Positions 37,566 to 48,484 of a stretch of 64,000 nt of DNA are shown here, piece by piece. This DNA is from Cyanophora paradoxa CCMP329. Lineage: Eukaryota > Plantae > Glaucophyta. The stretch's first letter is position 1; each line of letters starts with the position of its first letter. The notes beneath the pieces are model-generated. The model made no database searches. It was not told where the DNA came from and saw only the letters and a program-made list of their open reading frames with translations. The DNA is taken from assembly GCA_004431415.1 (NCBI GenBank), contig QPMI01000017.1, positions 620,001-684,000 on the forward strand, in the 5' to 3' direction. Position numbers and translations under genes: made by a program.

Positions 37566-38555
37566 GACCTGAGGGCCCTCGAGCTCGCGCGCGTACGCTG
37601 ACCGCGGATTATTGCAAGGGGGGATTCCCCCTTGCTTCCCGTTCCCTCGCTTCAGCCAAAAGTTTTCCAATGAGGCCGTTTCCGAGGGCCAGTATGCAAC
37701 ACCAGAAAAAAAATGGGGCTTATTCGCGATCCGATTGGCTCGGTGGACCGGTCAGCCTTCGACTTTCGAGCGTCAAAGTCGAGCTCGCGAGAGCTCTCTC
37801 GAACTCGCGAAAAGTGGTTTTCGAGGGGAAAACCAACTCTCCCTCGTGCGGCGCTGTGTTGCATCACCGTGGCACGCGGCGGTTCTGCATGGAATCACTT
37901 CTCCCTAGCTGTCTCTAGATCTAGATTTCCGCTTCACTGCATCGAGCTTGCACCGCAGCACCGCCTACCGAGCACGCGCCGCTGCCCGCAGCCGAGCACG
38001 CTGCCCGGCACTCGTGGTTGAGTTTGCACCGCAAAACGCTTGCGCCGCAGCCTAGCTGCGCCGCTGCCTGGGCTCGCCGCTGCCTGGGCTCGCCGCAGCT
38101 GCAGTTTCGGTAGCAACACGGGCCTTTTCTATTTTTTCAATCATAACCTGTGTTTATCTTTAACCTTCGACCTGCCGCGCGCACTGGGCCGGGGCCGTTC
38201 TGCCGCGCGCATGTGCCGCCAGTGCGTGTCCACTAGGACTCTTTCATTAGATCCTGGTTCCCCCCTTGCACCCCCGGTGCGAAAATCGCGGCCGGGCCCC
38301 TAGTTATATCGTGCTTCAAGATTCGAATAGAGTCAAGCCTTGAAGCACGCGTACGCCGCCAGCTGTAGCCTGCTGTCGGGATGCTGCGATCGCGACCTGT
38401 ACTCACAACAAGGCTAGCAGGCGCGCGGGTCCAGAGCGTAGGCCTATAATTAATTGTAGTAAAGGGCATAGCTCGGGCGCCAAGAGGTATCAAAAAGGAG
38501 GCTATGAGAGAGAGACACACCCCTATCCGAGCAAATTGTTTCGAGGCCGTTATAA

Positions 38556-40667
38556 TTAGGGGGAGGGGTAGGGCCGGCGCCCCGCGAGGAGCCGGTCGAT
38601 CTGGGCCCGCGCGTCCGCGAGGTCCGGCGCCCTCACGAGGCCCCGCGCGGCATTCTTGAGATCCGCTTTTACGGCGACCTCGCGCGGGAGGCGGCCCAGT
38701 ATCTTCGGGGGCGCGCGGCCGCGGTCAGGCGGGCGGGGCGGGGCGCGGGCGCGGGCGCGGGCGGACCTCGAAGGGGCGGAGGTAGGAGGGGGCGAGGGAG
38801 AGGCGGAGGCGCTCGAGGCGGGGCAGCGCGGCGATGGCCTCGGCCTCGGCCTCTGAGAAGGGCGCCCGGCGGGCGTGGACGGACAGGTCGAGCTCCGCGA
38901 GCGCCCGCCGCGCGCCGGCGCTCGTTAGGAGGCCGGCCACGTGCTCGGGCCTCGTCGCCTTGCACGCTGTGCGCGGAAACTCATATGAGGATGCGCGCGG
39001 GGGGCGGGGGCGGGGGCGGGGGCGGGGAGCGCACAGACGAGCTCGAGCCTGAGCCGCGAGAGGCTGGGCAAGGCCGAGAGGGCCCCCGCGAGGGCAGCGA
39101 ACGCGTCGCCCGGATCGGTGCCCGCGTCGTCGTCTTCGTCAGCGTCGCTGTCGCCGTCCTCGAGGCCACTGCGCATGCTGCCGGCGACGCGCAGGTGGAG
39201 TCTCTGCAGGGCGGCGGTGCGGCCGAGGGCGCGGACGGCCGCGGGCGACACGCGGTCGAACCGGAACTGCGAGGGGGTCGGGGCCGTGATCAGTGCGGGC
39301 TGGGCCCGAATCCCGCGCGAGGGTTCGTGGCCGTGCATGCGCACCCGCAGCGGCTCGACGCACTCGAGCCTGGGCATGCGGCTGAGCGCCCGGAGGGCGT
39401 CGTCGGAGACCCGGACGCTCGAGAAGTGGTAGGAGCGGAGGTCGGCGTCCGAGAGCCGCGGGAAGGACTCCTCCCTGCGCGACGCGCGCAGAAGCTGATC
39501 ATGACGAACGGGGAGACTGCACGCGACGAGCGGAGCGCTCACCCGTACAAGAGCTGGCGGCCGTCCACAAGCTCCTCGTGGAGGAAGTGGATGGTGCGGA
39601 GGCTCTCGCCCGCCGGCCCGTCGGCGAGGGCGGCGAGGCCGCCGTCGAGCTCCACGAGCTCCTCGGGCGCGCCCTTGTAGTCCTCGGGGATGTCGAGCAG
39701 CACGGCGAGGCGCTCGAGGCGGGCCAGCGGCGCCAGCGCCGCCACGACCGCCGACCCCAGGCGCAACTCCGGGCGAGCGCTGAGCGAGCGGAGGAGCGGG
39801 CAGGCGGCTGCGATGGCCGCCGCGTCCTCCGGCAGCAGACCGTTGTCGAGCAGAGGGAAGAGCAGGGTGAGGGAGCGGAGCTGGCCGAGGGGCGCGAGGG
39901 CGGCCCGCAGCTCGGCGGCCGGGGGCAGCGGCATCAGCATCATGGGCGCGTATTGCCCGTTGGAGAGGTAAAGATGGAGGCCCTCCAGGACGCTGGCCGC
40001 CCCCTCTGGCGGCCTCAGCGCCTGCAGCGCTCGGCGGAGGTAGTCGGCGAGAAAGTCATTCCCGAAGCGCTCGTCGCACTGCTCGGACCCGAGAACCTCG
40101 AAGATCACCTGCCGCGGCGCCGGCTGTGAGCGCGCCGCAGCTGGCGCCGCTCCGCTGCAGCTGCCGCGGACGAGGGCTGAGAGGAGGCTGCACGCGGATT
40201 GCATCTCGAGCCAGTCGGGCCCGAGCTCGATGCTGGCGCCGCTGCTGAGCCGCAGCTTTCGCTTCTCGGCCAGCGCCGCAGCGCGCGCAGTCGTACGCGT
40301 GGACATGCTTGCCATACGCGAGCTCGTCCTCGTCGGTCCGCAGCTCGAAGCTCGGCCACTCCGTCTCCTCGATTATCCGCCGCCACCGCCTTCAACCCAG
40401 GACGAGGATCGGAACGTTAACTCGGGCATGCGAGGCGGCCGCGGGCGGAGCGGCAAGTAGGAGCGATGCGGACCTGCACACGCCGCGCAGGGACCAGCTC
40501 GCCTGCAGCCCGAGCGATCTAAAGACCTCGCTTACCACCGCGTCCGGCAGCGCGTCGAATGTGAACGTTCCCACCGCTTGCTGAAGCGGGGATGCCGCTG
40601 CCAATGGCTCTTCCAAGCGGGTCCGGATCCTCTTCTCCCGTCCGTGCTTGCATTCTAAATCTGACAT
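38556..40667 (-). CDS. F-box + LRR-like protein
   Basis: FDALPDAVVSEVFRSLGLQASWSLRGVCR is an F-box. LRR-like segments: LGQLRSLTL, IAAACPLLRSL, LAPLARLERL, LSRMPRLECV, LPSLSRLRL, IAALPRLERL. Confidence 0.8.
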
Positions 40668-40964
40668 ATGCGTCGCGTGCTGCAGCTGGGATCTGCAGCT
40701 GGCTTGCTTCTGTGGCGGGGTACGTAGTGTAGTATGCGTTTGGAGGGTACGGAGTGCCAGTGGAATCGGGGTACAGCATTCAAATTTTAGAAATTCACGC
40801 AGCAAGCTGAAGGGCCCTTGCTGGACGCAGCTGGGGAAACGCGGCATTGCGCGAGGAGAAAGCTTAAGCGAATTCGAACATAACTAAACATTACAACATG
40901 ACTCGACGGCTCGAGTCGCAGGGAAAGGGGCGGGGCGGGGAGTCCGGGGGTCCGAAGCGTCTGG

Positions 40965-43900
40965 CTAGAGGAGCATGGGGATGCGGGAGAAGGGGAGCAG
41001 GGGCGCCGTCTGCTGGAGCTCGCAGGCGACGGCGTAGGCCTCGGCGGCCTGCGCCTCGCGCCCGCAGGCCTCGAGGAGAGAGCCGAGGGCGTGCCAGGCC
41101 TCGTGGTCGCCGGCGTCCATGCGGATGGCGGTCGAGAGGTGTGCCTCGCCCACCTCGTGCCGCCCCTGCTGCGCGTAGAGGCGCCCCGCCCGCACCATCG
41201 CCCCCGTGTGGCCCGCCCGCACCATCACCGCGTTCTCGTACAGCGCGATCGCCTCCACGAACCGCTCCTGCGCCTCCAGGAAGACCCCTTGCTGCGCCCC
41301 CGCGCCCCGCCCCTTCAGCCGGCGCCCCGCGCGGGCGGGTGACTGGGAGGGCAGAGCGTAAAGAGAAATGAGGTGGAAGGGAAAATGAAAGTGTGAGCGA
41401 GTTAGGTGACCGCGGCCCTCATATGAGTGGAGGGAAGCAGCGAATAAAACGCTCATATGCTCTCCGGCCCCTTAAGCACCAAGGGATCATTATTGTCGCC
41501 CACGGTGACTCTGGGGTCGGACGGAAAGCGTGGCTAGCACTAAACGGATGGCGGGCGGCGTGTGAGCGAGTTAGGTGACCGCGGCCCTCATATGAGTGGA
41601 GGGAAGCAGCGAATAAAACGCTCATATGCTCTCCGGCCCCTTAAGCACCAAGGGATCATTATTGTCGCCCACGGTGACTCTGGGGTCGGACGGAAAGCGT
41701 GGCTAGCACTAAACGGATGGCCTGCGGCGTGTGAGCGAGTTAGGTGACCGCGGCCCTCATATGAGTGGAGGGAAGCAGCGAATAAAACGCTCATATGCTC
41801 TCCGGCCCCTTAAGCACCAAGGGATCATTATTGTCGCCCACGGTGACTCTGGGGTCGGACGGAAAGCGCGGCTAGCACTAAACGGACGGGGGACGGCGTG
41901 TGAGCGAGGAATGTGACCGCGGCCCTCATATGAGTGGAGGGAAGCAGCGAATAAAACGCTCATATGCTCTCCGGCCCCTTAAGCACCAAGGGATCATTAT
42001 TGTCGCCCACGGTGACTCTGGGGTCGGACGGAAAGCGTGGCTAGCACTAAACGGATGGCGGGCGGCGTGTGAGCGAGTTAGGTGACCGCGGCCCTCATAT
42101 GAGTGGAGGGAAGCAGCGAATAAAACGCTCATATGCTCTCCGGCCCCTTAAGCACCAAGGGATCATTATTGTCGCCCACGGTGACTCTGGGGTCGGACGA
42201 GAAGCGTGGCTAGCACTAAACGGATGGCGGGCGGCGTGTGAGCGAGTTAGGTGACCGCGGCCCTCATATGAGTGGAGGGAAGCAGCGAATAAAACGCTCA
42301 TATGCTCTCCGGCCCCTTAAGCACCAAGGGATCATTATTGTCGCCCACGGTGACTCTGGGGTCGGACGGAAAGCGTGGCTAGCACTAAACGGACGGGGGA
42401 CGGCGTGTGAGCGAGGTAGGTGACCGCGGCCCTCATATGACTGGAGGGAAGCAGCGAATAAAACGCTCATATGCTCTCCGGCCCCTTAAGCACCAAGGGA
42501 TCATTATTGTCGCCCACGGTGACTCTGGGGTCGGACGGAAAGTGTGGCTAGCACTAAACGGACGGGGGACGGCGTGTGAGCGAGGTAGGTGACCGCGGCC
42601 CTCATATGACTGGAGGGAAGCAGCGAATAAAACGCTCATATGCTCTCCGGCCCCTTAAGCACCAAGGGATCATTATTGTCGCCCACGGTGACTCTGGGGT
42701 CGGTCGCCTAGAAAGCGGAAACCGAAGAAAGAGCAGAAACGAAACAAGAAAGTTCAAGGAAGAAGCTTAAGAGCGCTCGAACCGTGTAGAAGAGCTCGGC
42801 GGAGAAGGGGTCGAGCTGGTCGGCCTGCGCTATGCAGTACGCCGCGTCGTCGTGCATCTGCGCAGGCAGAGGGTGAGGGGGCGGCGGGCGGGGCGGCCGG
42901 TGGCCGGCCGGCCGGCCCTGCTCGCCTTCAGGGAGACGTAGGCCTGGGCGACGTGGAGCCAGACGTCGGGCTCGCGGACGCAGCAGGCGTAGCACGCCGT
43001 CGCCGCCTCCGCCGCCACCGCCTGGTGCGCGTCCATCCCGCACTGCAGCACCCGCGCGTGCGGCCTGCGCGCCGGCGCGCGTCAGGGGCGTCGGGGGCGT
43101 CGGGGGCGGGCGGGGCGGGGGCGCACTTGTCGGCGGCGACGGGGCCGGGGGCGCGGGCCTTGTCGGCGGGGACGTGGGCGGGGGCCATGGACGAGAGGAG
43201 GTACTGGAAGGTGGAGAGGGCGGCGTGGCCCCCCGAGAGCTCCATCTCGAGGTGGGCCTTGATGAGGAGCAGCAGGGGGTCCCGCGGGTGCTCGGCGAGC
43301 CCCGCCTGGCACGCCTTGAGCGCCTGCCCGTGCTGCCGCCCGCACGAGAGGAGCAGCGCGAGGAGCGCGAGGGCCCGCGGGTGCGTCCGGTCGCACTCCA
43401 GCACGTGCTTCACGCACGCCAGCGCCGCCGCGATCTGCGCGGCGGCGGCGCGGGGCCCGGCTCGACGCCGGCGGGGGCGGGCGGGGGCGGGCAGAGGGCG
43501 GAGGGCGGCGGACCTCGCGGATCTGGGCGTTGACGAGGGCGATGTGGAACACGATGTTCACGTCGTTCGGGTCGCCCTGCGCGGCGGGGCGTCGGCCAGG
43601 GCGGGGCGGGGCGGGGCGGGGGGCACCTGGTGCGCGGCGTTGAGCGAGTCGATCGCCTGCTGCAGGAACGACTTCTTCTCCGCCATCACCGACGCTGCGG
43701 GGGCGCGTGGGCGGGGGCCGCCGGCCGGGCGGGGCGGCGGGGCGGACCCTGGAGGGAGAGGCGGTAGCAGGCGACGCCGACGGCGTGGTGCGCGCGGGCC
43801 GCCATCGGGCCGCCCAGCATCAGCGCCTTCTGCGCGAAGTTGATCGCCGTCCGCAGCTGCCGTGCCGCCATGCGTGAGGCGGGCAACGAGCCGGCGCGGG

Positions 43901-45479
43901 GCGGGGCGGGGCGGGGCGGGGCCCGGGCGGGGCCGTGGCGCGCTGACCTTGCCGAGCTCGTTGATGCAGAGCTTGGAGGCCATGAGGAAGGCGACGGGGT
44001 TGTGCGGCTGCTGCGCGACGACCTGCTTCAGCGTCTTCAGCGCCCGCTGCGGCTGCCTCGACGCCTGCAGCGCCATCGCCATCCGGAACCACGTCGGCTT
44101 CACGCTGAACATGCGCGAGAGCGACCGCTCGTACGCCTGCCGCAGCCCGTCAGCGCCGCGGCGGCCGGCGGCCAGGAGCGAGCAAGCGGGGCGGCCGCGC
44201 ACCGCGGCGGCGAGCGGGAAGGCGCGGATCTGGCCCAGCGCGAAGGCCAGGTGGTCCACGTACGTGCCGCCGCTCCCCGCCTCCTCGCCCGTCCGCAGGT
44301 CCGCCCCGCCCTCGTGCGCTTTCTCTGTGCCGCCACGTTTAAGAGCGCGTGGCGGCGCGGCGGCGGCCGGGGGCGCGCACGGTTGAGCGCCTCGAGGGTC
44401 ATCTCGAGGCTGGCGCCCTCCCCCGCGAGCCCCAGCGGGCTGTTCAGGATGATCGCCTCCTTGATCATGAAGCAGAGCGCCGCCTCCTCGAGCCGCGTCG
44501 ACGGGATGAACCCGCTGCGGAAGGCGTCGGGCCGCCGCGGCGGGGGAACGGCCGGGCGGGCGCGAACCCTGACCCAGATCCAGCGGCCGACATCGGGTGG
44601 TAGTCGCACGGTGCAACATCTAACAACAGCAACCTTCCCAAGCTGCGAAGAAGCTGCGCGCGATGTACATGAGGACGAGATCCAACCGCGAACATTGCGG
44701 CCGGCACACTTTCCGCTTTCCTCGCAGCGAAATGCTCTGGTACTGCATTATACTTTGCCTTGCGCTCCCTAATGCGTTCGCGGTGTCCCTGCAGCGGCGG
44801 TGAGGAGCGCACGGAGGTTTCGGCGCTGGAAGAACGGACCCTATCCCAATGTAGGCGCGCGGAATGCGGACGAGCGCATCCTCAAATGCGGACGCAGCTC
44901 GGCCCTCCGGGTCGGTGCTCACGGCGTTGGCGCCCAGGTTCGCTGCTTCTTGGTAGGCGGTCATCGCCTGTTGGTACTGTCGCAAACGCTCGAGGCAGAG
45001 GCCTGCCGCAAGGTCAGCAAAAGGAGTAGAAACCAATGTGATCTCAGAACGCGGACCCTTAAGGACCAGCCCGGAAATGCGGGCGGCGAAGCCTTTCTGT
45101 CCGGGTGTCCCGCCCTGTTGCATCGCGGACCCGATGAGCCGTTCTACTCCTGACAACGCATTCTGCACGCGCCCCTCCAGCATCTCTATCCGGGCCATCT
45201 CGAGCTGCGGCTCCTGCGGTCGGTTGGGCCTTTGTTAGCTTTGAACGCAGGCAGGCCCACGCGACCCCCGCGCAGGGCGGCAAGCTTGCGCACCAGCGAA
45301 GAAGTGTCGATTGATGCGAGTCGCTCCAGCACGTGGCGCGCATCGCCGATCTTTCCGCCATGAGATAGGGTCCGAGCGAGATGAATGCCGCGATCGAGTT
45401 CCGAGGGCAGCTCGCGCGAGCGAGGTGCCTGTTGCGGCACCTGCAGCGTGCTGCCCGAACGGCTGAAGGGCTTCGGCAT
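40965..45479 (-). CDS. TTC7: TTC7/YPP1/NPG-like TPR protein (PI4-kinase complex scaffold family)
   Basis: Many TPR exons (ALALLALLLSCGRQHGQALKACQAGLAEHPRDPLLLLIKAHLE; DVWLHVAQAYV; EAWHALGSLLEACGR). The C-terminus ELQQTAPLLPFSRIPMLL matches the TTC7 terminal ELE.xxP.LPF..IP motif. The last intron spans 41292-42782. Confidence 0.85.
41389..41520 (-). ncRNA. SNORA3: Box H/ACA snoRNA, SNORA3/ACA3 (snR11)-like, copy 1
   Basis: Hairpin 1 (CCGACCCC/GGGGCCGG, pocket AGAGUC/GCUUAA), H box AGAGCA, hairpin 2 (GAGCG/CGCUC, pocket UUAUUC/CACCU), then ACA. Both pockets lie 14 nt from their boxes and complement LSU rRNA UUGAGC-UU-GACUCU and AGGUG-UA-GAAUAA. Confidence 0.88.
41558..41689 (-). ncRNA. SNORA3: H/ACA snoRNA copy 2
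   Basis: Core identical to copy 1. Confidence 0.88.
41727..41858 (-). ncRNA. SNORA3: H/ACA snoRNA copy 3
   Basis: Core identical to copy 1. Confidence 0.88.
41896..42027 (-). ncRNA. SNORA3: H/ACA snoRNA copy 4 (variant 3' pocket)
   Basis: Hairpin-2 3' pocket strand is CACAUUCCU instead of CACCUAACU. Confidence 0.85.
42065..42196 (-). ncRNA. SNORA3: H/ACA snoRNA copy 5
   Basis: Core identical to copy 1. Confidence 0.88.
42234..42365 (-). ncRNA. SNORA3: H/ACA snoRNA copy 6
   Basis: Core identical to copy 1. Confidence 0.88.
42403..42534 (-). ncRNA. SNORA3: H/ACA snoRNA copy 7
   Basis: Pocket strand CACCUACCU plus one loop substitution; guide pairing retained. Confidence 0.88.
42572..42703 (-). 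ncRNA. SNORA3: H/ACA snoRNA copy 8
   Basis: Same variant as copy 7. Confidence 0.88.
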
Positions 45480-45844
45480 CGTGCTGAAGTCGCCCGCCGG
45501 GCAATATCACGGCGGCAAGCCGCCGACAATCTAGAGCGCCAATTGCAACTGTTCGGTTCGCTCCGGCAATTCCGCAGCGCGGCTGGGGCAGCGGCAGTTC
45601 TCTTCGGAAGCGGTGTTCTAGAGTAATGTACCCAGCCCCCCCTCCCCCCCCCCTTCAAGCGCTACTTCCGCGCCCGCCCGAGCAAACTCCGCGAGAACTA
45701 GTACTGTGCATGCACACCTCTCCGCGAGAACTGTGCATGCACACCTGCCGAACCAAGAGAGATCAAATTCAGACGGAAACGGTGCCTAGCTGCGCCCCGC
45801 CCTCACGTCGCGGAATCCGGGGCCCCCCTGGCCGTTGAGGAACG

Positions 45845-46459
45845 TCAATACGTTTGCGTGGGTCGCGGCTCCGCAACCCTGGGCAGGGCCGCCGGGCAGG
45901 CGAAGGTGGCGCCTTGGTGGATCCAGTCGGGGTCGTTTCCTGTCGGCGCGTACGCGTAGTCGATCCCGTCGGACACCGTTCGTCTCTCTTCCTCGGTTAG
46001 CACGTGCCCACACGCTACGGCCGCCGGTCAGCGCCGTCAGCCGCAGAGAGTCGGACTATATTCAGCCCAGCCATGCCAGCGCGCCGCGCGCGCTAGCATT
46101 ATAGCTTGTGCGAACATATGTACAGCGTCAACGCACTCGGACATCGGCAGCGTCTGACCCAGCCCGACCCGTAACTCCCGGGCTGCGTACGCGTGCGCAT
46201 GTGTTCATCGAGCATCGGGCCGCGCAGCCTGGCAGCGGCCGCTCACCTCGACGAGGTCCGGATCGTCTGCGGACCCGGCCATGAACCGCTGCATCATCTG
46301 CGCCCGGCGGCACTGTCAGAAGGCCTATATGCGGCGGTCGCGGACGCCCGCGCGCGACCGCGGAGCCTGGCGCCGGCGCGCCATTTCTTTGAGGACGTCG
46401 CTGGGCTTGCGCCCCGTCTGCTGCGCGACGCGCGCCACCTCGGCGTGGTCGATGTTCAT
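45845..46459 (-). CDS. Small hypothetical protein with CxCPxCGH motif
   Basis: Plausible splicing: MNIDHAEVARVAQQTGRKPSDVLKEM|MMQRFMAGSADDPDLVE|PGSYGSGWVRRCRCP|TCGHVLTEEERRTVSDGIDYAYAPTGNDPDWIHQ...; no family recognised. Confidence 0.5.
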
Positions 46460-46670
46460 GCTAGAGCCTGCACTGCACTGTCTGCTGAGTTTGGGGGTAT
46501 GCGCATGCAGATAGAACGGGCGACCCCGGCCCCTGCTCCTCGAGCCCAGTAAGCTTCGAAAGCAAGCGTTGCTGCCGCGTTGCGATTTCAAAGAAGCGAA
46601 GCGAAGCAGGAGGCACTAGAACACAAGCGGGCGACGCCGGCGGGCGGGGCGGGCGCGCCGGCAGCGGCGG

Positions 46671-48262
46671 CTAGCCGCGCTTGTCGCCGCCGAGGGAGCG
46701 GCGGACGAGGGTGGAGGAGCCGGAGAGGGGGAAGGCGTTGGCGTTGCCGCGGAAGGCGGACGGCTGCAGCCGGGGCGACTCGGAGCCGGCGGCCGCGGCC
46801 TTCTTCGGAGTGCGGTCCCGGTCCCGGTCGCGGTCGCGGGGGCCGGAGCCGCCGGACCAGGTGCGGGGCGGCTCGAACTGCTCGGGGGAGGCGAGGGCGA
46901 AGGCGGCGGGGATGGCGAAGGGGAGCACGCGCGGGCCGGAGGGGCCGGCGTGGGACGAGGAGGCGGTCGAGTGGAAGGAGGACGGGTGGTGCGCCCCGCC
47001 CAGCGCCGCCGCGATGCCAGCCCCGCCCCCGCCGCCGACGCCGGCCGGCGAGGCGGAGCCGCTGGCGCGGCTGGCGCCCTGCAGGCGGACCAGGCGCCCG
47101 GGGGCATGGCGGCCTCGCGGCAGGAGCAGTGGCCGCAGTGCGGCAGGTCGGCCGTCTGGCAGCCGGCCGAGACCGTCGCCACGGGGCCGCCCTTGGGGTC
47201 GATCGGCGCCGCGTCCTCCGGCCAGCGCCCGATGGGGACGTAGCTGGGGTACACGAGGCGGGCCCGGACCTCGTCGCGGACCTTGTGGCGCAGGAAGGTG
47301 CCGACGGCCGCGAACTTCTCGAGCTTCTCGACGTGCCCGAGGCTCGTCGTGATGTCGAAGTCGATGAAGGGCTCCCCCACGAAGCAGACGTAGCCGCAGC
47401 CGGGCCCGCCGTCGTCGGCCGTCGCCCACTCCACGCGGACCTTCCCCTCGAAGCGGATGTTCCGCAGCCCGACCGCCACCGGCATGCACGCCGCCCGCGG
47501 CACCGGCCAGTCCACGTAGATCGAAGTCTGCGGGGCCCCGGCGCCGCCGTCAGCGCGGCCTGGCGGGGCGGGGCGGGGCGGGGCCGCGGGGCCGGCGGGG
47601 GCCGACCTCGACGTCCACGCAGGCGTTGCCCGTGTACTCCAGCTCGACGTCCGCCAGCTGCGCGACATAGGGGCTCGGCTACCGCGGCGCGGGCGGCAGC
47701 GCGGGCGCCGCGGGCGGACGCACGATGCGGCCGCAGTCGCCCTCCGGCCGGAAGAGCTGCACCCGCTTCAGCGCCGGGAGGACGGAGCCGATCTCAAGCT
47801 CCCGGAAGGTTATGTCTCCCTGCGCGGCGCCAGTGAGGACGGCGCGGCGGAGTCGCGTCACGCCGGCTGCTCACAATCGCGGCGGGCTTGTCGGGCCTGT
47901 TGCATAGCTCGTGGAGGCGCGTGCGGAGGTCCTCGACGAATTTCGGCTTCAGTATCTCGCCCGCTATTACGGAGACCGCCGTGTTGAGCCAGTCGCAGGT
48001 CTCGACCGGACCGCGCTCGATGTAGCGCGGCGGGAGGATCGTGTACTGCGTGGCGGCGTCAGCTTCGGCCGCTCGGTGCGGCTGCAAGTCGGGCAAGTCG
48101 CACGTGCTGTGGGAAGCGCCGCAGCGGCGGTTTTGCGCGCCGCAGCTTTCGGCTGACGACACAGACCGCGAGCAGGACGACCAAGACAAGGACGCTCACG
48201 GAGCCGGCCACCCCCGCGACCACGCCGGCGCGGAAGATTTCGCCCGGCTCGTCCAGCTTCAT
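46671..48262 (-). CDS. MMM1: SMP (TULIP) lipid-transfer domain protein with N-terminal TM, most similar to ERMES subunit Mmm1
   Basis: TM segment VVAGVAGSVSVLVLVVLLAVCVV; ETCDWLN; GDITFRELEIGSVLP; TSIYVDWPVPRAACMPVAVGLRNIRFEG (compare Mmm1 T.L.LN.P.P..A.LPV.L......F.G); FDITTSLGHVEKL...RLVYP. PDZD8/TEX2 not excluded. Confidence 0.7.
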
Positions 48263-48484
48263 CGCGGCGAAGTCTGCGGGAGGGGTACGTAGCCCAGGTG
48301 CGGAGAAGTCTGCGGGAGCAGATCAGGTTGCCGCCGTCACAGCGGCCCTGGCATCTAGCTCGGGAGCGCCGTACTTATCGAACAAGTGACTCGGTGACTT
48401 GAGATCTAGCGCAGCCGGCACAGCCCCAAACCGCCGTTAGCTATAGCCGGCCGCTGGCACCGACAGCGGCCAGGCGAAGGCAGA

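Larger units (their letters stand above)
41389..42703 (-). repeat. Tandem array of 8 x 169-bp units inside the last intron of the TTC7-like gene
   Basis: Exact 169-bp period (gtgtgagcga at 41391, 41560, 41729, 41898, 42067, 42236, 42405, 42574). Array ends coincide with the predicted snoRNA ends. Confidence 0.97.

Noticed and set aside
41410-41485. Twister or hammerhead ribozyme on the + strand (GTGGAGGG, CCGGCCCCTTAAGC)
   Set aside because: The motifs do not assemble into the twister core and there is no CUGAnGA/GAAA core; they are the reverse complement of the snoRNA stems.
41389-42703. CRISPR array or repeated small ORFs (61-68 aa)
   Set aside because: Spacers are near-identical rather than unique, there are no cas genes and the context is a eukaryotic intron. 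The 169-bp period is not a multiple of 3, and the H/ACA fold explains the unit.
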